From an uncultured Candidatus Saccharibacteria bacterium (GTDB taxonomy: Bacteria; Patescibacteriota; Minisyncoccia; Phycocordibacterales; DATDWN01): a stretch of 37,704 nt of DNA. The position numbers and the translations under genes were made by a program. This document shows positions 31,106 to 37,704 of this stretch, piece after piece; the first letter of the stretch is position 1; every line of letters starts with the position of its first letter. Below the pieces are notes generated by a model that did not search any database, was not told the DNA's origin, and saw only the letters and a program-made list of their open reading frames with translations. The stretch lies in assembly GCA_964586695.1 (NCBI GenBank), contig CAZPGQ010000004.1:16865-54568 (forward strand). Direction: 5' to 3'.

Positions 31106-32758
31106 TTACTTTTTTCCCTTTAAACAAGCGTCTACAAATGCAGTAAACAGCGGATGTGGGTGTAGCGGTCTCGCTTTGAACTCTGGATGTGCCTGAGTTC
31201 CAACAAAGAAAGGATGCTCTGACTTTGGTAATTCTGCAAACTCCATAAGTCTTCCGTCTGGAGAAGCGCCTGAAAAAACAAGTCCAGCTTTTTCTATTTG
31301 TTCTATATATTCTTGATTTACCTCGTATCGATGTCTGTGTCGTTCACTAACTTCTGTAGCACCATAAGCATTTGCTGTTATAGTTCCCTTTTTCAAAACT
31401 GCAGTGTAAGCACCGAGACGCATTGTCGCACCATAGTTCCCTGCTTCCAGATTTTTCTTTTGCTCTGGCATTATGTCTATAACAACATGACTACTTTTTG
31501 GATTTATCTCTGCTGTATGGGCATCTTTCCAACCAATAACATTTCGGCAATATTCGATAACAGCAAGTTGCATTCCATAACAAAGTCCTAGGTATGGGAT
31601 TTTATTTTTTCGGACAAACTCTATAGCCATAAGCACGCCCTCTATTCCACTCTCACCAAAACCACCAGGCACAATAACACCATCAAAGTCTTTTAACTCT
31701 TCTACCTTTTTGGGATCTGCTTCATAGTCTTTTGAATTTATCCAAGTCAGTTTTGTATTTGCATCTTTCCAGTACGAAGAAAACTTTACTGCTTCTATAA
31801 CAGAAACATAAGCATCAGACAAAACAAAGTCTCCTGTATCAAAATATTTTCCAACAACTGCTATTTTTAGTTCGTGTTTTGCTTTTGCTCTTTTGTTTAC
31901 AAACTTTCTCCATTCGTCCAAATCACCGTTCTGAGACTTTGCTCGCATATGCAAAGTTTTTAAAATTGTCTGACTGATTTTATCTTTTTCAAAGTTAAGC
32001 GGGACATCATACACGCTACTTATATCTGGAGCAGATATAACATTTTCTGGAGCCAGCGCACAAGAAAAAGCTATCTTTTCTTTTCGTTTGTAATCCAAAG
32101 ATTGTGTACCTCTTGCGATAACAACATCTGGCTGAACACCATATGAGTTAAGCTGTCTTACTGCGTTTTGTGTTGGACGAGTTTTCATTTCTCCCAAAGA
32201 ACCGGGGACTGGCAAGTAAGAAACCATAATGAACATAACATCCTGTGGGTGCTTTATTTTGAGAGTTCTTGCTGCTTCGATAAAAAGAATATTCTGGTAG
32301 TCTCCTATTGTTCCACCGATTTCGATAAGAGAAATATCTGACTCATGATGCTCTGCGGCCTTTTTCCATCTGCGAACTATTTCTTCTGTTATATGTGGAA
32401 TGGCTTCTACACATTTTCCTCTATAGCCTAGATTTCTTTCCTTCTCTATTACATGCTTATATACCATCCCAGAGGTCATATAATCGTCTGAGATAAGATC
32501 CATCTCTAGAAAGCGCTCGTAGTTACCCATATCCTGATCTGTCTCAAGGCCAGAGTCCAGGACAAATACTTCACCATGCTCTGTTGGGTTCATTGTTCCA
32601 GCGTCCACATTCAAATAAGGGTCAACCTTTACTGGGTTGACCTTAAAACCTTTGCTCTGAAGGATCTTTCCGATTGAAGACGATGCTATACCTTTGCCGA
32701 CTCCTGACATTACTCCACCAATGACGAAAATATACTTGTGCTGTTTTCCCTTTTTCAT
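31106..32758 (-). CDS. pyrG: CTP synthase
   Basis: KYIFVIGGVMSGVGKGI, DPYLNVDAGTMNP..HGEVFV..DG.ETDQDMGNYERF, GLCYGMQLAVIEY, HRHRYEVN. Confidence 0.95.
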   Translation of the reverse strand: MKKGKQHKYIFVIGGVMSGVGKGIASSSIGKILQSKGFKVNPVKVDPYLNVDAGTMNPTEHGEVFVLDSGLETDQDMGNYERFLEMDLISDDYMTSGMVYKHVIEKERNLGYRGKCVEAIPHITEEIVRRWKKAAEHHESDISLIEIGGTIGDYQNILFIEAARTLKIKHPQDVMFIMVSYLPVPGSLGEMKTRPTQNAVRQLNSYGVQPDVVIARGTQSLDYKRKEKIAFSCALAPENVISAPDISSVYDVPLNFEKDKISQTILKTLHMRAKSQNGDLDEWRKFVNKRAKAKHELKIAVVGKYFDTGDFVLSDAYVSVIEAVKFSSYWKDANTKLTWINSKDYEADPKKVEELKDFDGVIVPGGFGESGIEGVLMAIEFVRKNKIPYLGLCYGMQLAVIEYCRNVIGWKDAHTAEINPKSSHVVIDIMPEQKKNLEAGNYGATMRLGAYTAVLKKGTITANAYGATEVSERHRHRYEVNQEYIEQIEKAGLVFSGASPDGRLMEFAELPKSEHPFFVGTQAHPEFKARPLHPHPLFTAFVDACLKGKK

Positions 32759-32794
32759 TCTGTATTTCTGGTTATTACATTTTATTCTTGTAAA

Positions 32795-33724
32795 TTACGA
32801 TTTGAGATATTTACGAACAGCAAGATAACTAGATAATGCACCGATAGCAATACCAGAACCAACAAGTATCAAGAAAAATTCACCAAAATATGATGCATAG
32901 TAACTAAAGACATTGAAGCCTGTAAAAAACATTCCTGTTTTATCTCCCAACCACAATGTTATTGGATAAAACAAAATAAGGGTTATGACAGAAGAAACAA
33001 AACCGTACAAAGCTCCCGCAACGAAAAATGGACCTTTTATGTACCTGTCAGAAGCACCCACAAGACGCATAACAGAGATTTCATCCTTTGACATATATAT
33101 AACCAATCTCAATGTGTTGAATGTTATAAGTATAGAAATAACAATAAGCAAAATAGTTAGAGCGAAACCAAGACTGTTTGCGGAATTAATTATTTTAGTT
33201 AGACGGTCTATAGACTCTTTGTTTTGATAAAAGTTCACTTTATCGATAATAGTGTCACCGTCTGCTGACAAAGCATTTTTACCCTGCAAAAACTGCGCAA
33301 TACTTTCGTACTGAGAAGGATCTTTTGCCTTTATATTCAGAGCTGCCCCAAGTGGGTTTTCTCCTAGTTCATCTAGAGCCTGCAAAGTAAACTCGTCTGT
33401 TTCGTGTCGCTTTTTAAAAGCAGCTAGTGCATCCTCTCTAGAAACATATGTCACAGGAGCTTTTACTTCTGGAAGTTGCTCTAGTTTTTTCTTCATTGAC
33501 ATTATGTCTGTCTCTGTAGCCGATGTAACAAAGTAAACGTTTATATCAACCTTTTCCTTTATATAGTCTAGAGTATATTTTAAAATTGCCCCAGAAAACA
33601 TCGTTGTACCAATAACAAAAAGAGTAACTACCATAACTAGGATAGAAGAAAGTGAGACGAAAGCGTTTCGCCAAAAACTATAGAAACCAGCACGTATTAC
33701 TCTTTTTATTTTTGTCCAAATCAT
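32795..33724 (-). CDS. ftsX: Cell-division ABC transporter permease-like protein FtsX
   Basis: N-terminal TM, periplasmic domain (VTYVSREDALAAFKK...ENPLGAALNIK), three C-terminal TM with EISVMRLVGASDRYIKGPF. Confidence 0.9.
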   Translation of the reverse strand: MIWTKIKRVIRAGFYSFWRNAFVSLSSILVMVVTLFVIGTTMFSGAILKYTLDYIKEKVDINVYFVTSATETDIMSMKKKLEQLPEVKAPVTYVSREDALAAFKKRHETDEFTLQALDELGENPLGAALNIKAKDPSQYESIAQFLQGKNALSADGDTIIDKVNFYQNKESIDRLTKIINSANSLGFALTILLIVISILITFNTLRLVIYMSKDEISVMRLVGASDRYIKGPFFVAGALYGFVSSVITLILFYPITLWLGDKTGMFFTGFNVFSYYASYFGEFFLILVGSGIAIGALSSYLAVRKYLKS

Positions 33725-33732
33725 ATTATTTA

Positions 33733-34413
33733 TTATATGACATACTTACCCTCTTTGTCGTCGCGTATAATTTTGCCATTCTCCATAGTAATCACACGCT
33801 TTTTTAGTGAGTCTATAACACCTTTGTTATGAGTTGTGAGTATAACAGTAGTTCCAAGATCATTTATCTTCTTTAATATTTGTACGATGTCGTATGTGTT
33901 TAGTGGATCCAAGTTACCTGTTGGTTCATCTGCAATAACAACATCTGGCTGGTTAACAATAGCTCTTGCGATAGAAACTCTTTGCTTCTCTCCACCAGAA
34001 AGCTCGTGTGGAAAGTTCCATATCTTTTTTTCTAGATCAACGAGACTTAAAACATGTGGGACATCTGCTTCTATTTCTTCGTCAGTCTTCCCAGCAGCCT
34101 CCATAGCAAAGGCTATATTCTCATAAACATTTTTGTGAGGAAGAAGTCTGAAATCCTGAAAAACTACACCGATTTTTCTGCGGAAATTATTTATCTGATC
34201 TTTTTTAAGTTTAGAAATGTCAGTAGACTCAAAATAGACTTTGCCTTTTGATGGGAATTCTTCTCCTAGAAACATTTTCAACAAAGTTGTTTTACCGGCA
34301 CCAGAATGTCCAACAATAGAAACGAACTCCTTTGGTTCGATAGAAAAAGACACTTCATCTAGAGCCACTGAACTATCTGTGTATATTTTAGATACTTTTT
34401 CAAAGTGAATCAT
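33733..34413 (-). CDS. ftsE: Cell-division ATP-binding protein FtsE
   Basis: Walker A GHSGAGKTT, signature LSGGEKQRVSIARA, Walker B VVIADEPTGNLD. Confidence 0.9.
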   Translation of the reverse strand: MIHFEKVSKIYTDSSVALDEVSFSIEPKEFVSIVGHSGAGKTTLLKMFLGEEFPSKGKVYFESTDISKLKKDQINNFRRKIGVVFQDFRLLPHKNVYENIAFAMEAAGKTDEEIEADVPHVLSLVDLEKKIWNFPHELSGGEKQRVSIARAIVNQPDVVIADEPTGNLDPLNTYDIVQILKKINDLGTTVILTTHNKGVIDSLKKRVITMENGKIIRDDKEGKYVI

Positions 34414-34459
34414 TACGTTTTTTATTATAGCTTAAAAACAGCCCTGGGCAAAGCCTAAA

Positions 34460-35353
34460 CTAGAGGTTTTTCTCTGCCTCAATAAACTCTTGTAAATCTC
34501 CATCTAAAACAGCGTCCACATTGCTAGTTTCTACGCCTGTTCTATGGTCCTTTACCATTTTGTATGGATGTAAGACATATGACCGTATCTGATTTCCCCA
34601 CTCTATCTGTGTTGTCTTACTTATATACATACCTTTTTCTTTGGAAATTCTTTCATCTTCCAAAGCCTTATATATTTTACCCTTTAGCACCTGTAGAGCC
34701 TTTTCTTTATTCTGAGCCTGAGAACGTTCATTCTGGGATTCTGCAGAAAGATTTGTTGGAATATGAACTATTCGTACAGCAGTCTCACGCTTGTTAACAT
34801 TCTGACCACCCGGACCACTAGAACGCGAAAGTTCGACTCTTAGATCATCATCTTTTAGTTCTATATCGTCTGCACCACCTTTTACTTTCTCAAACTTTGG
34901 AATAACTTCCACCATAGAAAAGGATGTATGACGAAGTGACTTTGCATTAAATGGAGAAATGCGAACAAGTCGATGAACCCCTGACTCATTTTTCAAAGTG
35001 CCATAGACATTTTTACCAGAAATTTCTACCGTTACGTTACGGAAACCACCGTGATCATTTTCATTTGAATGCAAAAGAGATAAACCAAAATTATTTTTAC
35101 TACAGAACTTCATATACATATTCAAAAGTATAGATGAAAAATCCTCCGCATCATCACCGCCAGCACCAGAAAAAATAGTCATGACCGCATCACCCGCATC
35201 ATACTTACCAACACCAGATAATTCGTTTTTGATTTCCTGAATACGACGTATAGTTACTTGAGCCCTATCTTTGTTTAGCCAAAAGTCCGCCTCGAGCATT
35301 GAGTTCTCTAGTTCTAATTGTTCTTTTTCAAGAGCTTTCTTTGTATCTTCCAC
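34460..35353 (-). CDS. prfB: Peptide chain release factor 2, short N-terminal domain, GTG start, no frameshift site seen
   Basis: SPF tripeptide (RISPFNAKS), GGQ (SSGPGGQNVNKRETAVRIVHIPT), IRSYVLHPYKMVKDHRTG. Only 297 aa. Confidence 0.9.
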   Translation of the reverse strand: MEDTKKALEKEQLELENSMLEADFWLNKDRAQVTIRRIQEIKNELSGVGKYDAGDAVMTIFSGAGGDDAEDFSSILLNMYMKFCSKNNFGLSLLHSNENDHGGFRNVTVEISGKNVYGTLKNESGVHRLVRISPFNAKSLRHTSFSMVEVIPKFEKVKGGADDIELKDDDLRVELSRSSGPGGQNVNKRETAVRIVHIPTNLSAESQNERSQAQNKEKALQVLKGKIYKALEDERISKEKGMYISKTTQIEWGNQIRSYVLHPYKMVKDHRTGVETSNVDAVLDGDLQEFIEAEKNL

Positions 35354-35400
35354 AAGAAATAGTATATCAAATCTAAAATATTTTGTGGTAATCGATAGAT

Positions 35401-36840
35401 TTACTCTGCACTTATATCGTAAATTGCACGATCCAACTCATCCAAATCATTTTCGATTCCCGCCTTAATCTGTTTCTCTTCCTTTGTTAATATTCTTCTG
35501 TGTCTAGTTTCTTGCAACAAATCCAAATGATTTTCTAAACTCTTCTTTAGCAACAATAAGGCTTTTGGATGATTTCCATTTGATATTGCGTTTCTCATCT
35601 TATGCCTGTGTGTAAACATTGCATAGTATGGTTTTAACAAGTATAGAATCAAAACAACCATTACAAATATCGCTATTGGTAAAATAGAATTTGAAATATT
35701 TTTTATAAATGCAAAATTATTCTTACCTGGTTGTATCTCTGGAACAACAAAATTTCCAACTACATTTATAAAATTACCAGCCTTATCAAAAACAGTAAGT
35801 TCAATTTTGTTATTACCAATCTTTTCATAATCTAGTTTATATTTACCATCTACAAATAATGATGCTGGAACTGTTTTCTTAAAATCATTATTAATTTTAA
35901 TATCAAAATGATCTACGCCAGAAGTTAGGTCAATAATACTGGAATTTATATTTATAGTTTTATTAGAAACGTCATAGTAAAAATCTGTCTTATTGTTTAT
36001 TGGCGCAATAGTATCGATTTTAACTACATATGTGCTTACAGCTCCCCACACACCGCCCTTTCTAGGTCTTACCTTAAAATACCAAACTCCATCTTTTAAT
36101 TCATTAACTGTTTTTTCGTTTATAGCTGGACTATATGTCACAGTTGGAGTATCTGAATCATTCTCACTTATACCAGTTCTTACAGCATCTACCCCAGCAG
36201 GAACTGTCCAACCAAAAATAGGATTCACGTCGTTATACCAAGAATCTTGCTTAGGGTGAGAAGCGGATGATATCTGAATACTCTGAATATTTTGAACCTG
36301 AGTCTCAGGTTCAGGTATCGGTTGTACTACCGGCGCAGGCTCATCCTTTTTTATGATTGATATTATTTTCCCCTGCTGACTATTTAATACATCTGTACCC
36401 AAACCATCATTTGCCCTGACAGCAGCATCTGAAAAAGTGAACTCTGCTTGACCTGCCTTTTTTGCTTTAGCGGTAATCGATATAACTGAGCCAAATACAC
36501 CGTTAAATCCCGGGGTTGGCAAACCACCGTCAAAAGTTATCGTACCAGCTGAGTTTGAAAAAGAAGGTTCTTCTACCCATAATGAAAAGATTGATCCACT
36601 TTTACTTACAGACACAATATCAAACAAATCATTTGGAAACTTTATTGTAGCCCCTGCGTTATTTATAGAGATACCTTCAGAGTTTACATTTACATACAAA
36701 ATAACACTGTCTCCAGCAGAAACAGTAGATGAATTAGAATTTATCTGTAAAGTAGCGGCATCAACTTTTATTGAAAAAGTAAATGCTAAAAAAATAAAAC
36801 AATAAAACAATAATTTTTTAAATATTTTTTTTCTTTCCAT
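35401..36840 (-). CDS. Cohesin-domain surface protein with Ig-like middle domains, C-proximal TM and cytoplasmic coiled-coil tail
   Basis: Signal peptide. Cohesin-like region LQINSNSSTVSAGDSVILYVNVNSEGISINNAGATIKFPNDLFDIVSV...ITFDGGLPTPGFNG...AKKAGQAEFTFSDAAV. Then the SHPKQDSWY motif, TM ILPIAIFVMVVLILYLL, and a charged tail. Confidence 0.7.
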   Translation of the reverse strand: MERKKIFKKLLFYCFIFLAFTFSIKVDAATLQINSNSSTVSAGDSVILYVNVNSEGISINNAGATIKFPNDLFDIVSVSKSGSIFSLWVEEPSFSNSAGTITFDGGLPTPGFNGVFGSVISITAKAKKAGQAEFTFSDAAVRANDGLGTDVLNSQQGKIISIIKKDEPAPVVQPIPEPETQVQNIQSIQISSASHPKQDSWYNDVNPIFGWTVPAGVDAVRTGISENDSDTPTVTYSPAINEKTVNELKDGVWYFKVRPRKGGVWGAVSTYVVKIDTIAPINNKTDFYYDVSNKTININSSIIDLTSGVDHFDIKINNDFKKTVPASLFVDGKYKLDYEKIGNNKIELTVFDKAGNFINVVGNFVVPEIQPGKNNFAFIKNISNSILPIAIFVMVVLILYLLKPYYAMFTHRHKMRNAISNGNHPKALLLLKKSLENHLDLLQETRHRRILTKEEKQIKAGIENDLDELDRAIYDISAE

Positions 36841-37402
36841 AAATTACAAAAAGTACAAAAACGAATATCAAAAATATTATAGCACCAATAAACCATTTTT
36901 GTGTGTAAAATTTTATTGAGTTATCACCAGTTGATTTAATATTTACAGAAAGAGACTCGGCAAAAATATTTTCTAATGTACCCTTACCATCATTTACGTA
37001 ACCTGAACCATCTGACCATGATATGTTTGCTACTCCTGCAACACGAGAAGATAAACGCATTTTTAGTATAAGAACTTTACCTTTAAAACCATTTGGAACC
37101 CCACCAACAAAACGCAAAATTCCTTCTGACTCAACAAATTGTGGAGGTGTTGGCCACAAAGTTAAAACTGAATCTGTTGTATCTGGATTTACATATAGTT
37201 TTCCAACATCATTTGCTTTTATACTTATTGATCCATCAACAACGTTTATATTTTTATCGTTTGAATCAAGATAAACTCCAACTATAGTTGCATTGTCTCT
37301 GGGATCCGTATTTGGAACCACTTGAAACTCTACTTTGGAAGCAAAACCGTGTTGAGGAATTAGTATAAAAGCAAACAAAAGTAAAAAAATCTTCTTATTC
37401 AT
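36818..37402 (-). CDS. Small cohesin-domain protein with C-terminal TM anchor
   Basis: Signal peptide MNKKIFLLLFAFILIP. VEFQVVPNTD...ATIVGVYLDSNDKNINVVDGSISI...LRFVGGVPNGFKGKVLILKMRL is parallel to the cohesin region of the downstream gene. TM at the end. ATG 37400-37402 (the track start is TTG 37417). 23-nt overlap with the next gene. Confidence 0.65.
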   Translation of the reverse strand: MNKKIFLLLFAFILIPQHGFASKVEFQVVPNTDPRDNATIVGVYLDSNDKNINVVDGSISIKANDVGKLYVNPDTTDSVLTLWPTPPQFVESEGILRFVGGVPNGFKGKVLILKMRLSSRVAGVANISWSDGSGYVNDGKGTLENIFAESLSVNIKSTGDNSIKFYTQKWFIGAIIFLIFVFVLFVIYGKKKNI

Positions 37403-37418
37403 TTCTATATTATACAAC

Positions 37419-37704
37419 CTAAGGTCTTATCTGTATTGGTTTCTTTCCCCACTGGAACAAAAGTATAGAGAAATCGATTGAATTCACTTTGTTATCTTGA
37501 TTTGCATCGACACAATCATTCTTAAACGGATACGATGTCTTCCAGAATGAGAGCATTATAGAGAAATCAACGGAATTTACTTTTCCATCATGGTTAAAGT
37601 CAGCACCAATACAAGATGTATTAAGTTGAGTTGGCGGTGCTATATAAGCCCCGGCACCCCCACCGCCGCCACAACCAGCCACCAAGGTGGCGGCAAGCAC
37701 TGCG
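37419..37704 (-). CDS. Small dockerin-domain lipoprotein; 5' end outside the window
   Basis: Lipobox-like LVAGC followed by a Gly run, then two dockerin type-I Ca-binding repeats DFNHDGKVNSVDFSIML and DANQDNKVNSIDFSILL. The reading frame stays open to the window edge. Confidence 0.75.
   Translation of the reverse strand, partial: AVLAATLVAGCGGGGGAGAYIAPPTQLNTSCIGADFNHDGKVNSVDFSIMLSFWKTSYPFKNDCVDANQDNKVNSIDFSILLFQWGKKPIQIRP

Noticed and set aside
35354-35400. Programmed +1 frameshift site upstream of prfB
   Set aside because: The only U-UGA context (ATT TGA T) is preceded in its own frame by TAG, and there is no CUU UGA C or upstream SD-like stimulator. There is therefore no upstream frame-shifted leader ORF.
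1-37704. Alternative genetic code with UGA read as Gly or Trp, as in some CPR lineages
   Set aside because: - Conserved proteins such as PyrG, RNase J, FtsE and RF2 are full-length with standard stops.
- At least one gene (12910-13977) ends at TGA at a sensible position.
- An RF2 gene with an intact SPF motif is present.
1-37704. CRISPR arrays, rRNA genes, transposases, integrases, reverse transcriptases/DGRs and toxin-antitoxin pairs
   Set aside because: - I saw no regularly spaced direct repeats.
- No ORF has DDE, tyrosine/serine recombinase or RT motifs.
- The only repeat structures are the tRNA-Gln 3'-end copies and the 13-bp direct repeat reported above.

Overview
AT-rich window (about 30% G+C in the stretches I hand-counted), very gene-dense, with about 46 CDS and 2 tRNAs. 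Short or overlapping intergenic spacers, few Shine-Dalgarno sites and many small membrane or secreted proteins suggest a reduced-genome Patescibacteria/CPR-type (Parcubacteria-like) bacterium; this is an inference from gene content only. Standard genetic code: RF2 is present and TGA works as a stop.

Housekeeping genes I recognise are secG, RNase J, mscL, pyrG, ftsE, ftsX, prfB, tRNA-Ser(GGA) and tRNA-Gln(CUG).

Accessory content worth a second look:
1. An 8-kb co-directional locus (10992-19280) packed with GH130/DUF377-type beta-propeller modules, a DUF5672-ASCH fusion, a transporter, a cupin mannose-6-P isomerase and a eukaryote-type phosphomannomutase. Together they suggest a phosphorolytic beta-mannoside route.
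2. A cohesin/cohesin/dockerin-lipoprotein surface trio with no enzymes attached (35401-37704).
3. Eukaryote-like chromatin-type proteins, SET-domain methyltransferase and SWIB. The SET gene is the last member of a tightly coupled ParB-like / GIY-YIG / VanW / SET string.
4. Two compositionally foreign mini-cassettes (about 53% and 45% G+C). One carries a TraR/DksA C4 zinc-finger gene with a structured, repeat-bearing 3' region. The other is an unknown 101-aa ORF flanked by a perfect 13-bp direct repeat, next to tRNA-Gln and an array of decayed copies of the tRNA-Gln 3' end.
5. A LemA-DUF1189-TPM-GGDEF-MazG string and tRNA-abutted Nudix and HIT genes.

I saw no CRISPR array, rRNA, transposase or integrase. 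All functional calls come from motif recognition by eye and need HMM or BLAST confirmation.
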